This document shows, one piece after another, positions 18,871 through 28,912 of a stretch of DNA of 41,580 nt (its first letter is position 1; the number at the start of each line of letters is the position of its first letter). Origin of the DNA: Candidatus Bathyarchaeota archaeon (GTDB taxonomy: Archaea; Thermoproteota; Bathyarchaeia; Bathyarchaeales; Bathycorpusculaceae); the NCBI GenBank assembly GCA_963777155.1, contig CAVZPM010000015.1:1-41580 (forward strand), given 5' to 3'. A model generated the notes under the pieces. That model was given only the letters and a program-made list of their open reading frames with translations. It ran no database searches and was not told the origin of the DNA. The position numbers and the translations under genes are program-made.

Positions 18871-19931
18871 CAGATTCTTGGCACGGGGTCGCCGACTGGT
18901 TTTGCGATTATTCTTTTTCCGCCAACCAGAGTCTGCATTGCGACGCCTTTGAATTGTTTGGTGGTTTCACCGATTATTTGGGCGTCTACACCTTCAGTTG
19001 TTTGCTTTAGGAATTGCAGGATTTCCTCTGCTTTTTGCGGGACTGTGCCGATGATTATTTTGCCCTCGTTCCCAATTTCAAGCGGGTCTAACCCAAGCAT
19101 CTCACACGCGGTTTGAACGTCTTGATGGATGGGAACTTTGTCTTCCTGGATGAGTATTCCAATTTTGGATTTTTCGGTCCATTCGTTGAGTGCGTCGGCT
19201 AGGCCGCCTCGTGTGGGGTCTTTCATTGCTACAACGCCGCCGACATTGCCTAACATGCTCTGAATCATACGGTTAAGCGGCTTCACATCGGACAGGATTT
19301 GGCTGCCAAACTTCAAGCCCTGTTGCGAAGAGAGCACCGCTAAACCGTGGTCGCCGATTGTGCCTGATAAGATGATTTTATCGCCTACCGCAAGGTTGGA
19401 GTCGAGTGCCCAGCGGGTTTTGAGTTCCCGATACTTCCTAACAACTGAAGGTTGCTTTCCAGAGCTGGAGTACGTTTACCGATGCCTGAGACGTTCATGA
19501 CACAACCGCCTAAGGCACCTTTCTCTACAACTTTCGTATCCCCTGTAACAATTCCCACTCCAGCCTCAATACACGCCTGACGCATACTGGCTAAGAATCT
19601 TTTCCAAATCCGATAGCGCCAACCCCTCCTCCAAAATCAACCCGCAAGCTAACGCATAAGGCATTGCGCCCAAACACGAAATATCGTTGACCGTGCCTGA
19701 GATGGAGAGGCGTCCGATGTCGCCGCCCGGGAAAAATATGGGCTTAACCGCATGAGAGTCGCTTTTGAAGACTATGTCGCCGATAACTGCCGCATCATCC
19801 ATGGCTTCCAACGGCACCTCGGCATCGTTCCCTAAACCGCCAAAGTATTTTACTATGTAGTTTTTAACCAGGTCATGCATGACTGAACCGCCTGCGCCAT
19901 GCAGCATGGTGATTTTGCCGTTTTTTTCCAT
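18867..19931 (-). CDS. hypE: Hydrogenase maturation protein HypE (two compensating apparent frameshifts near 19593 and 19447)
   Basis: ITMLHGAGG, FFPGGDIGRLSISGTVND, IVTGDTKVV, GTIGDHG, MKDPTRGG and C-terminal PRIC, split over three ORFs. Confidence 0.93.
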
Positions 19932-20203
19932 GGATTTGCTATCTCCTACAGTTTTTGCTAGAATAGACTACCCGAAAGGTGAAAAATAAACGCATCGCCA
20001 AAAGCAATGAATATCTATTCATATGCTCAGTTGGAAAAAAACAAGAAATGCCACGAAAACTTGCATCCAATGACTTGTTGTAGCTTTGTAGCAACCACAT
20101 TGTCTTTAATAGATTTGACTACCTATCGATAAATTGATAGAAGCAGTTTTTGGAAGTTACTTTTTATGAAAAGAGGCCATTTGGAACAAAGGAGAATGAT
20201 TTT

Positions 20204-20350
20204 ATGAATTTTTTTAAGAAGATAGAGTGGAATCTTGTTGCGTTGGCGATGGTTCCTTTCATTGGGGTTGAAACAAGAGAGAAGGACAGACGGCTTAAAG
20301 AAAGGTTGCAGCGTTCAAAACAAAGACAACTGAACAAACATTATGGCTGA
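20204..20350 (+). CDS. Putative 48-aa small protein
   Basis: MNFFKKIEWNLVALAMVPFIGVETREKDRRLKERLQRSKQRQLNKHYG*; AAGGAG SD at 20189-20194, 9 nt before the ATG. Confidence 0.5.
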   Translation: MNFFKKIEWNLVALAMVPFIGVETREKDRRLKERLQRSKQRQLNKHYG

Positions 20351-20638
20351 ATAATTAAAGGATCAGTTTTCCCCTTAATTCTAACTTCTGATTTCTTTTT
20401 TGGTTTCCTGGAGTTGCTCGAAAGACCATTTTGGCGTATTCTTTTTTCTTAAGCCTAAGTCGACTCTCGCAGTAAGTCGTAGTTCATTGAAAACTTCGAG
20501 TTTTCTAGGGGTGTTTTTGGGCAAACTATAAATGCTTAAACGCAATCCCAAAACTGTACACCTCACGCGTTCGAATAGTTCTCTCGCAGGGAACACCAAT
20601 CAGTCTAGTCACTTTAGACTAAAATCTTAGTTGTGATA

Positions 20639-20656
20639 CGGAAAGCCATATAAATT
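20639..20656 (+). promoter_or_regulatory. Putative BRE/TATA promoter of the ribosomal operon
   Basis: CGGAAAGCC-ATATAAAT about 40 nt upstream of the rpl22 ATG, which has a GGAG SD. Confidence 0.5.
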
Positions 20657-20693
20657 GCTTTTACGTGTTTGAATGCGCACTGGAGAAATTATA

Positions 20694-21179
20694 ATGCCAA
20701 AATGGGGATACTCAATAATTGAAGAAATGCTCAATCCAGAAAAAACAGCGAAAGCAAGCGGAAGAGAATTAAAGGTATCCCACAAAGCCGCACGGGAAGT
20801 CTGCAAAGCTGTTAAGGGCATGAATCTTTCTCAATCCAAAGAGTTTTTACGCGACGTAATGGTCAAGAAAAAACCAGTTCCATATACAAGGTACACTAAA
20901 AAGCTAGGACACAAAGGCGGAATGCAGGGCAGATGCGTAGGCAGATTCCCCATAAAAACCGCTGAAACAATCCTACACGTCATAGAAGCAGCACAAGCCA
21001 ACGCAGAAAACAAAGGTTTAGATGTCGACCGCCTTCGAATTATGCATGCAGCTGCATACCAAGGAATAAAACTCAAGCGTTACGCGCCAAGAGCACATGG
21101 CAGGGCTTCACCAAAATACGACACAACCACACACGTTGAAATTGTCCTAGAAGAGAAACCGACTCAAGGAGAGCAATAA
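20694..21179 (+). CDS. rpl22: 50S ribosomal protein L22 (uL22)
   Basis: KASGRELKVSHKAAREVC, NAENKGLD, PRAHGRA, HVEIVLEE. Confidence 0.96.
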   Translation: MPKWGYSIIEEMLNPEKTAKASGRELKVSHKAAREVCKAVKGMNLSQSKEFLRDVMVKKKPVPYTRYTKKLGHKGGMQGRCVGRFPIKTAETILHVIEAAQANAENKGLDVDRLRIMHAAAYQGIKLKRYAPRAHGRASPKYDTTTHVEIVLEEKPTQGEQ

Positions 21180-21946
21180 ATGAGCATAGTCAAACGTTTT
21201 ATTACAGAATCAATCAAAAGAACAGAAATTGATGAGTTTTTACAGAAAAAACTTGAACGCGCAGGATACGGCGGAGTAAACCTGTCCAAAACCCCATTGG
21301 GTACACACGTTGTTATTTACGCCATGCGTCCAGGTCTAGTCATCGGCAGAGGCGGAGAAACCATCAAAGAACTCGCTTCAGCCCTAGAGCAAAACTTCAA
21401 AGTTGGCAATCCTCAAATTTCCGTTTCAGAAATAGAAGTTCCAGAATTCAACGCCCACGTAGTTGCAAACCGCGTGGCCTCAGCTCTCGAGCGAGGAGTA
21501 CACTTCAGACGCGCAGGTTTCTGGGCACTAAACCAAGTTATGGAAGCAGGCGCATTAGGCGCAGAAATAGTAATCAGCGGTAAACTCACAACCGAACGCG
21601 CACGTTTTGAGAAATTCAAAGCAGGGCACTTCCCAATTGTGGGAGAACCAGCGTTAAAAGCTATGAAAACAGCTGAAGCACATGTTCAGCTAAAACCAGG
21701 CATCATTGGGGTACGCGTAAAAATCATGCCGCCAGACGCATATCTTCCCAGACAAAGTTACCATCGTGAAACCAAAACCAGAAGAAGAAACAATAACAGT
21801 TGCACAAGCGCCAGTTCCAGCAGACCGCACCAGCACCAGTTGTAACTAAACCTGAACCAGAGCCAGAACCAGCGGTGCAGGCAAAAGAGGTCATCGATGA
21901 GCCTAAACCAGCGGCAGAAGCAAAACCTGAGGAGGCAAAGGCATAA
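21180..21946 (+). CDS. rps3: 30S ribosomal protein S3 (two apparent frameshifts near 21747 and 21825, in or just before the tail)
   Basis: RPGLVIGRGGETIKEL, ERGVHFRRA, GVRVKIMPP. The Pro/Glu/Ala tail reads through to TAA 21944-21946, overlapping the rpl29 ATG. Confidence 0.93.
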
Positions 21947-22245
21947 TGCGAATAAAAGAGATCAATGCCCTGTCCGCTGAGGGTCGCGCAAGTAAACTTG
22001 CAGATTTACGTATTGAACTAGCACGGTTCCGAACCATGGTTAATGCAGGCGGCGCCGTAGAGAATCCAACAAGGATACGAGAACTGAGGCGAACAATCGC
22101 TCAAATATTAACTGTTGATAACGAGAAGAAACTTGGGATTAGGCAAGCAACTGCAGAAAAAGAGGAAAAACAAGAAAAGAAAGTTGCAAAACCAGCCAAA
22201 GCCCCAAAAGCAAAGAAACCAGCTAAGGAGAATGTTTCAAAATGA
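21946..22245 (+). CDS. rpl29: 50S ribosomal protein L29 with Lys-rich tail
   Basis: GGAVENPTRIRELRRTIAQILT. Confidence 0.95.
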   Translation: MRIKEINALSAEGRASKLADLRIELARFRTMVNAGGAVENPTRIRELRRTIAQILTVDNEKKLGIRQATAEKEEKQEKKVAKPAKAPKAKKPAKENVSK

Positions 22246-22523
22246 AAATAACTCCTGACATTATCCGATACGAGTTAATTGGGACCCAAGCCAAAATAGC
22301 CCAAAGCGCTCATGCAGGCTACCTGGGGTTAGCCGGTCCAGTAGTAGCGGAAACAAAAAACACATTAACTCTAATTCATCATGGTCAACCAAAAAGTGTG
22401 ATAAAAGACCTGGCAACTTTCGACTTTAGTTTTGCCGACGGCACAACAGTTGAGGTTGACGGTTCACTTTTAGTCGGTAGATCTGAAGACAGGTTAAAGA
22501 AAAGTGTAAAGAGGTTATGGTAA
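22242..22523 (+). CDS. rnp1: RNase P protein component 1 (Rpp29/POP4)
   Basis: ELIGTQ, VAETKNTL, VDGSLLVGRSEDRLKK; conserved position after rpl29. Confidence 0.92.
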   Translation: MKITPDIIRYELIGTQAKIAQSAHAGYLGLAGPVVAETKNTLTLIHHGQPKSVIKDLATFDFSFADGTTVEVDGSLLVGRSEDRLKKSVKRLW

Positions 22524-22524
22524 T

Positions 22525-22845
22525 ATGTCGATGCATTTCAAGCAACCCAAAAAAACATGTGACGATCGAAACTGCCCATTCCACGGAACACTTGCCGTAC
22601 GCGGACGTGTACTGGAAGGCATCGTTCAAACAGCAAAGATGGATAAAACCGTTATCGTTGACAGAGAATTCCTACAGTTCTCCTCAAAATTCGTACGTTA
22701 CGAACGTAGACATGGCCACATCGCATCTCACAACCCACCATGCATTGACGTTAAAGAAGGCGACCGAGTAAAAATCGCCGAGTGTAGACCAGTCAGCAAA
22801 ACAGTATCGTTTGTTGTTGTAGAAAAACTAGGAGAGGAAAAGTAA
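22525..22845 (+). CDS. rps17: 30S ribosomal protein S17
   Basis: CDDRNCPFHG, HNPPC, ECRPVSKTVSF. Confidence 0.96.
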   Translation: MSMHFKQPKKTCDDRNCPFHGTLAVRGRVLEGIVQTAKMDKTVIVDREFLQFSSKFVRYERRHGHIASHNPPCIDVKEGDRVKIAECRPVSKTVSFVVVEKLGEEK

Positions 22846-22846
22846 A

Positions 22847-23290
22847 ATGTGTGCGGCGAAGGCAAAGCAGAGAGCCCTAACAGCAAAAGGCATGTTATCC
22901 CACGGACAAAAAATCAGCCGTGGACTATTAGCAGGTTCAGAAATGAAATGTACTGATAATACAGGCGCAAGAGTTCTGCGTTTAATTCAAGCTATGGGCT
23001 ATAAGGGGCGACTAAGACGTTACCCATCTGCAACAGTAGGCGACAAAGTTACTGTTTCTGTACGCCAAGGCTCACCAGACATGCGCAAGAAGATTTTCCA
23101 AGCAGTTATCGTACGCCAGAAAAAATGCTTCAGGCGTATTGATGGTGTTTGGGTTCAATTCGAAGATAACGCGGCAGTTATCATTACTCCTGATGGCGAA
23201 ATGAAGGGTTCAGAAATCCGTGGTCCAGTAGCAAGAGAGGCAGCGGAACGCTGGCCAAGAATAGCAAGTGCCTCAAGTATAATAGTGTAG
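22847..23290 (+). CDS. rpl14: 50S ribosomal protein L14
   Basis: CTDNTGAR, FEDNAAVII, GPVAREAAERWPRI. Confidence 0.96.
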   Translation: MCAAKAKQRALTAKGMLSHGQKISRGLLAGSEMKCTDNTGARVLRLIQAMGYKGRLRRYPSATVGDKVTVSVRQGSPDMRKKIFQAVIVRQKKCFRRIDGVWVQFEDNAAVIITPDGEMKGSEIRGPVAREAAERWPRIASASSIIV

Positions 23291-23297
23291 GTGCAGA

Positions 23298-23939
23298 ATG
23301 ATGCAAGATACAAAACGAATAAAGAACCCTGGTAAACAAAGAAAAAGACTCTTTAATGCTCCAGCTCACATACGCCACAAGCTTATGGCAGCACCCTTAT
23401 CAAAAGAGCTAATTGCTTCAAAAGGAGCAAAAACTCTTCCAGTCAGAAAAGGCGACACCGTCCAAATAAAACGCGGTGACAACAAAGGTTTTGAAGGCAA
23501 AGTTTCCCGCGTTGACCTAAAAGCCTACCGCATATACCTTGAAGGGTTAACACGAGAAAAAGTTGATGGAACAAACATCTTCATTTCAGTTCACCCATCA
23601 AAGGTCCAAATACGTAGCCTCAACCTTGACGATAAATGGCGCAAGAACATCCTTGAAAGGAAGAAGGCTGTTGAAAAGCCAGCAAAAGCCGAGAAACCAA
23701 AGGCTAAACCAGCAAAGAAAGCTGAAAAACTCCCCGCCAAGGTTGAAGAAGCAGCGCCTGAAATTACAAAAGAGCAAGCACCAGCAGAAGAGGCACCGGC
23801 AAAACCAGTAGCCAAGAAACCTGCGGCTAAGAAAGTTGCTCCAGCAAATAAGGCGTCAACAAAAAAGACAGAGGAAAAAGAAGCTACGCCAAAAGCAAAA
23901 GCTAAGAAAGCCTCTGAAAAAACTAAAGGAGAACAATAG
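23298..23939 (+). CDS. rpl24: 50S ribosomal protein L24 with long Lys/Ala/Pro tail
   Basis: PGKQRKRLFNAPAHIRHK, PVRKGDTV, HPSKVQI. Confidence 0.95.
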   Translation: MMQDTKRIKNPGKQRKRLFNAPAHIRHKLMAAPLSKELIASKGAKTLPVRKGDTVQIKRGDNKGFEGKVSRVDLKAYRIYLEGLTREKVDGTNIFISVHPSKVQIRSLNLDDKWRKNILERKKAVEKPAKAEKPKAKPAKKAEKLPAKVEEAAPEITKEQAPAEEAPAKPVAKKPAAKKVAPANKASTKKTEEKEATPKAKAKKASEKTKGEQ

Positions 23940-23941
23940 AT

Positions 23942-24706
23942 ATGGGTAAAAAAGGAAAAACTGCAAGGCTTAAACGTAAGCCAGCTCCAGCATTCTGGCC
24001 GATTCACAGAAAAGAGTTGCCGTGGGTAGTGAAGCCCTCGTCAGGTTCACATTCACTCAAGAACTGTCTACCTTTAACTTTGGTTTTAAGAGACATTCTT
24101 GGTGTTGCACAAACACGTAAAGAAGGCAACTAATCCTCACGCAGGGCAAAGTAATAGTCAACGGGAAAGTCTACAAAAAAGATGATATTCCAGTCGGCTT
24201 AATGGACATTGTAGCAATGCCCGAAAGTAACCAATACTACCGCAGTCATGCCATCACACAAAGGATTGTACTTAGCACCAATCAGCAAAGACGAATCCAA
24301 CACATCTTTGCTTCGTGTTGAAAACAAATCAACTGTCCACAACGGAGTCCAAATTGCATTACACGACGGCTCAAACATACTAGTTAAAGTTGCTGACCCC
24401 AAAAAACCCACCGAAGTCACCTGCGAAACATTCGACGTACTCAAAGTAACATATCCAGAAAAAACCGTCACACAGACCCTGAAAACTAAAGAAGGCAACA
24501 TCGCAGTCATCACCGGCGGCAAAAACATCGGCAAACAAGGCAAAATCGTCGAAATCGAGAAAACTGAAGCTAAGAAACGTCGACAAGCACTAGTAATGAT
24601 TGAAGACTCGCAGGGTCAACGCTTCCAAACAATCCTTGACTTTGTCTTCTCATTAGGTGAAGTTACCCCGCTTGTAAATACCTTGGAGGTACTCACAAGT
24701 GTCTGA
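23942..24706 (+). CDS. rps4e: 30S ribosomal protein S4e (two compensating apparent frameshifts near 24129 and 24243)
   Basis: LKRKPAPAFWPIHRKE, PLTLVLRDIL, PVGLMDIV, LHDGSN, ITGGKNIG. Confidence 0.94.
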
Positions 24707-25238
24707 GGAAGCCTTCATTAAATCTTGGGAAGAGCATCCAATGCGTATGCCCCGTATCGAAAAAGTTGTTGTAAACCTAAACGTGGGCAAATCAGGCGAA
24801 CCACTCGAAAAAGCAAACAAAGTCCTCGCAGAAATTACTGGTCAAACACCTGTAAAACGAAAAGCCAAAAAAACCATCCGTGACTTCGGCATACGCGAAG
24901 GCGAATCAATCGCTGTCGTCGTAACTTTGCGAAAACAAAAAGCTATTGACTTCCTCAAAAAGGTCTTGCCAGTGGTGGAAAACAAAGTTTCAAAGCGTTC
25001 GTTCGATGAACGCGGCAACTTTGCATTCGGACTAAAAGAGCATATTGAAATCCCAGGCGTAAAATATGACCCTGAAGTCGGCATCTTCGGTATGGATGTC
25101 TGCGTCACCGTTAATCGCCCTGGACAAAGAATCAAAATCCGAAGAAAACAGAACAAGTCAATCGGTCCAAAGCACCTGTTGACACCTGAAGAATCAATCG
25201 TCTTTATTAAACAAACTTTAGGAGTCGAAATCGTCTAA
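24699..25238 (+). CDS. rpl5: 50S ribosomal protein L5
   Basis: [32 protein letters not shown]. Confidence 0.96.
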   Translation: MSEEAFIKSWEEHPMRMPRIEKVVVNLNVGKSGEPLEKANKVLAEITGQTPVKRKAKKTIRDFGIREGESIAVVVTLRKQKAIDFLKKVLPVVENKVSKRSFDERGNFAFGLKEHIEIPGVKYDPEVGIFGMDVCVTVNRPGQRIKIRRKQNKSIGPKHLLTPEESIVFIKQTLGVEIV

Positions 25239-25254
25239 ACTAGAGAGTGAATGT

Positions 25255-25419
25255 ATGGGAAAAGAGCAAGTTAAGAAAGTAAGAAAATACGGCAAAGGTT
25301 CCCGTCCGTGTGTTAGATGTGGCGCGTATGGACCAGTTATCCGACGTTACAATTTATATCTATGTAGATGCTGTTTTAGAGAAGCAGCCCCAAAATTAGG
25401 TTTCAAGAAATATGAGTAG
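25255..25419 (+). CDS. rps14: 30S ribosomal protein S14 (not in ORF track)
   Basis: [54 protein letters not shown]; Zn-binding type in the canonical position between rpl5 and rps8. Confidence 0.96.
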   Translation: MGKEQVKKVRKYGKGSRPCVRCGAYGPVIRRYNLYLCRCCFREAAPKLGFKKYE

Positions 25420-25433
25420 GAGCTAAGAAAACA

Positions 25434-25817
25434 ATGGATACTTTAACAAATGGTTTGATAACCATCAAGAATAATGAAACACGCAACAAACGCGAATGCA
25501 TAATTAGCCCTGCCTCTAAACTTTTGGGACGCGTTCTACGCATCATGCAACTTCACGGTTACATCGGTGAATTCGAATTCATCGACGATGGACGCCAAGG
25601 AAAATTCAAAGTCCAACTTCTGGGCAGAATAAACAAGTGTGGTCCAGTTAAACCAAGATTCGCAGTGAAAGTCGACGAATTTGAAGAATGGGAAAAGAAG
25701 TTTCTGCCATCCAGAGACGTCGGTATAATGGTTGTTTCAACTTCCAAAGGCGTAATAGCCCACAAAGATGCTGAAGAAAAAAACCTTGGAGGAAGGCTCT
25801 TAGCCTTCGTCTATTAA
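25434..25817 (+). CDS. rps8: 30S ribosomal protein S8
   Basis: GYIGEFEFIDDGR, LGRINKCG, STSKG, GGRLLAFVY. Confidence 0.96.
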   Translation: MDTLTNGLITIKNNETRNKRECIISPASKLLGRVLRIMQLHGYIGEFEFIDDGRQGKFKVQLLGRINKCGPVKPRFAVKVDEFEEWEKKFLPSRDVGIMVVSTSKGVIAHKDAEEKNLGGRLLAFVY

Positions 25818-25830
25818 AGGAGTGTAACTT

Positions 25831-26376
25831 ATGCGGCTTCCAGAAATATCTAAAACTGTTCAAGTTCCCGACGATGTAACTCTAAATATGCAAGGCAAAA
25901 AAATCAGTGTCAAAGGCGCCAAAGGCTCATTAACACGCGACTTCTCGTTTGCTCCAATAGCCATAGAGGGCGAAGGTAAAAACGTCCGCATCTCAGCAAA
26001 GTGGCCACGCAAAAAGGAAGCTGCTCTAGTAGGCACTATCTACTCACATATCAACAACATGATTACCGGCGTAACAAAAGGCTACCAATACAAACTAAAA
26101 ATCGTCTTCTCACACTTCCCAATCTCAGTAAAACTACAAGACAAATCAGTCTTGATTGAAAACTTTACTGGCGAACGTCGACCTCGCAGAATAAAATTAA
26201 TCGGCAGCGTCAAAGTGAAAATTGAACCTGACGACATCATTGTTGAAGGCGCAAACTTGGAAGAAGTCAGCCAAACCGCCGCCAACATCGAGCAGGCTAC
26301 ACGCGTCCGAAACAAGGACCCCCGTGTTTTCCTTGACGGCATATACGTGTATGAAAGAAACGAAGGAATGGCATAA
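25831..26376 (+). CDS. rpl6: 50S ribosomal protein L6
   Basis: NMITGVTKG, SHFPI, ENFTGER, KDPRVFLDGIYV. Confidence 0.96.
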   Translation: MRLPEISKTVQVPDDVTLNMQGKKISVKGAKGSLTRDFSFAPIAIEGEGKNVRISAKWPRKKEAALVGTIYSHINNMITGVTKGYQYKLKIVFSHFPISVKLQDKSVLIENFTGERRPRRIKLIGSVKVKIEPDDIIVEGANLEEVSQTAANIEQATRVRNKDPRVFLDGIYVYERNEGMA

Positions 26377-26927
26377 TGACTGAAAAGAAAATCTCCCCCT
26401 CACGCGAAGCACTCAAACTTAGAGCGCGCGCCAAAAACAAGAAACCCAAATTTGTACGGGCAGAAAGCTGGAAATACGACCGCTTCAGCCTAAGCTGGAG
26501 AAAACCACGCGGCTTAGACAACAAGATCCGCCGAAAAATCAAAGGTTGGCCACCAGGACCCAGCACAGGCTACAAGGGACCCATAAGCGCTCGGTTTCTA
26601 CATCCATCTGGATACCGGGAAGTCATAGTTTTCAACGTAGCAGACCTATCAAACATCGACATAAACATCCAAGCCGCACGCATTGCCCACACCGTCGGTA
26701 AACGAAAACGTGCTCTAATCATCGCTGAAGCCAAAAAACTCAACATTAAAATCTTGAACCTTAAAGTCTCAAAGGAGACTGAAGAGAAAACCGAGGAAGC
26801 TGTAGAGGGCGAAGAGGCAGAAGCTGAAGAGACAAAAGACGTAAAAGCAGAGACGAAGCCAAAGAAAAAACCAATAAAAAAAGCCTCTAAAGGAACCAAA
26901 CCCAAGAAAGGAGAAAAGAAACAATGA
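26376..26927 (+). CDS. rpl32e: 50S ribosomal protein L32e with acidic/basic tail
   Basis: WRKPRGLDNKIR, LHPSGY, IAHTVGKRKR. Confidence 0.95.
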   Translation: MTEKKISPSREALKLRARAKNKKPKFVRAESWKYDRFSLSWRKPRGLDNKIRRKIKGWPPGPSTGYKGPISARFLHPSGYREVIVFNVADLSNIDINIQAARIAHTVGKRKRALIIAEAKKLNIKILNLKVSKETEEKTEEAVEGEEAEAEETKDVKAETKPKKKPIKKASKGTKPKKGEKKQ

Positions 26928-27379
26928 CCGACTTAAGCGGACAAAGACGTTTAGCTGCTCAAATCCTAAAAATTGGGCAAAACCGTGTTTGGATCAATCC
27001 TGAACGCATGGATGATGTTGAAGGCGCAATTACACGTGAAGAAGTCCGAAAACTAATTCACGAGAAAATCATCGTTACATTGCCCCAGAAGGGCGTAAGC
27101 AGGTCCAGAGCAAAGGTTATCCGAGCAAAAAAGCTTAAGGGCAGACGTAGTGGTCCAGGAAGCCTAAAAGGTGCTGGATACGCAAAAGTCACCAAGAAAG
27201 AAGCTTGGATGATAAGAATCCGTTCTCTAAGACGCAAGCTACGCGATTTGAAAGCAAGAAAAGTCATAACTGAAACCACCTACACCCAATATTACAGAAT
27301 GGCGGGAAGCGGCAGGTTTGAGTCTATTGCAGATTTAGAGCGTAATTTGAAAGCTCATGATTTATGGAGGAAACGTTAG
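26924..27379 (+). CDS. rpl19e: 50S ribosomal protein L19e
   Basis: QRRLAAQIL, RVWINP, GRRSGPGSLKG, WMIRIRSLRR. Confidence 0.96.
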   Translation: MTDLSGQRRLAAQILKIGQNRVWINPERMDDVEGAITREEVRKLIHEKIIVTLPQKGVSRSRAKVIRAKKLKGRRSGPGSLKGAGYAKVTKKEAWMIRIRSLRRKLRDLKARKVITETTYTQYYRMAGSGRFESIADLERNLKAHDLWRKR

Positions 27380-28258
27380 ATGGCTAAAAATGCAAGTTAC
27401 CGTGTACAATTAAGACGTAGACGCGAAGGAAAGACCGATTACCAAGCACGTAAGGCTCTGGTTACTTCCAGAAAGCCAAGACTTGTTACTAGGGGTTCTC
27501 TGAAGAATGTTGAAGCACAAATAATAGTTGCTAAACCCCATGGTGATGAGGTTTTAGTATCAGCCAACAGCCGTGAGCTCATCAAAAGTTTCGGTTGGAA
27601 AGCTCCAACTGGCAACATTCCAGCTGCCTACCTGACAGGATTACTGGTCGGTTTAAAGGCGAAAGCTGCAGGGATCACTGAAGCAATTCTTGACCTTGGT
27701 TTGGTTTCTCCCACGAAAGGCTCAAGAACTTTTGCTGTTCTCAGTGGAGTTGTCGACGCCGGAGTTGAGGTTCCTCACAGCGAGGAAAAAATCGTTAAGG
27801 AACGAATGAAAGGCGAACACATAGCCAAATATGCTAAAAACTTGGGCGCAGGCTCCGAAGAGTACACAGCAAAATTCTCACAATACACAGCGAATGGTGT
27901 TGCTCCAGAAAAAATCGCTGAACACTTCGCTAAGGTCAAAGCTGACATCATGGCTGGAACTAAGAGCGCAAAATTACCCGTAGAAGTTGCTAAACCGAAA
28001 ACTGCCGCAAAAGAGAAAACTTCCAAAACAGTTGAAACGGCACCCAAAGAAAAAGCTCCAACTAAGGTTAAAGAAGAAAAATCAGCGAAAATAACGCCTG
28101 TTAAAGAAAAAGCTGTAGCCAAAACAACCAAAGGGAAAGCATCCAAAGCAGCGCCAAAAGAAAAAACAGCTAAAGAGAAAGCGCCAAAAGCAAAAACTGA
28201 AGTTGAACCCAAAGCCCCCAAAGAAAAGGTTTCTAAGAAAGGTGGAAAGAAAGCATGA
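27380..28258 (+). CDS. rpl18: 50S ribosomal protein L18 with long Lys-rich tail
   Basis: [35 protein letters not shown]. Confidence 0.95.
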   Translation: MAKNASYRVQLRRRREGKTDYQARKALVTSRKPRLVTRGSLKNVEAQIIVAKPHGDEVLVSANSRELIKSFGWKAPTGNIPAAYLTGLLVGLKAKAAGITEAILDLGLVSPTKGSRTFAVLSGVVDAGVEVPHSEEKIVKERMKGEHIAKYAKNLGAGSEEYTAKFSQYTANGVAPEKIAEHFAKVKADIMAGTKSAKLPVEVAKPKTAAKEKTSKTVETAPKEKAPTKVKEEKSAKITPVKEKAVAKTTKGKASKAAPKEKTAKEKAPKAKTEVEPKAPKEKVSKKGGKKA

Positions 28259-28911
28259 GTAGCAGAAACAGAAATGAAAGAGAAAAGCGCACAACTAACC
28301 TAGAAGCCTGGATTCCGAAAACCAGGTTGGGCAAGATGATTCAGGAAGGAAAAATAACCAGTATCGAAGATGTATTTTTATCTGGCATAAAAATCTCGGA
28401 ATCCCAAATTGTCGACTCATTGATTCCTGACCTGCAAGAAGAAGTCATAAACGTTAACCTTGTACAGAAACAGACTGACGCAGGCGAAAAATCACGCTTT
28501 AAAGCCATTGTTGCAGTCGGAAACCGAGATGGCTACGTGGGCTTAGGCAGCGGAAAAGCCAGTCAAGTAAGAAACGCCATCGAAAAAGCTGCAGTAAACG
28601 CCCGCCTAAACATCATCCCAGTTAAACGTGGATGCGGAAGTTGGGAATGCGGCTGTGGCAAACCACATTCAGTTCCATTTGAAGTGGAAGGCAAATGCGG
28701 CGGCGTCCGAGTAGTCATCGTTCCTGGCCCCAGAGGGTTAGGCTTGGTTTCAAGCGAAGTCGCAAAAGTCATCTTAGGCTTAGCCGGAGTAAAAGATCTC
28801 TGGATGCGAAGTTACGGTTCAACAAGAACAGTGCCATCTTACGCATGCGCAATCTTTGATGGAATGCGGAAGACTTATAATTTGATTACTCAAGTGGACT
28901 GGGTGAAGTAA
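28255..28911 (+). CDS. rps5: 30S ribosomal protein S5
   Basis: [31 protein letters not shown]. Confidence 0.96.
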   Translation: MSSRNRNEREKRTTNLEAWIPKTRLGKMIQEGKITSIEDVFLSGIKISESQIVDSLIPDLQEEVINVNLVQKQTDAGEKSRFKAIVAVGNRDGYVGLGSGKASQVRNAIEKAAVNARLNIIPVKRGCGSWECGCGKPHSVPFEVEGKCGGVRVVIVPGPRGLGLVSSEVAKVILGLAGVKDLWMRSYGSTRTVPSYACAIFDGMRKTYNLITQVDWVK

Positions 28912-28912
28912 A

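Noticed and set aside
20381-20599. 72-aa minus-strand ORF upstream of rpl22
   Set aside because: No ATG start, SD or motif; it coincides with the hairpin element. Not fully excluded.
25360-25380. CRCC in S14 instead of the more usual CRQC
   Set aside because: All four Zn ligands remain; a single-residue variant is not meaningful.
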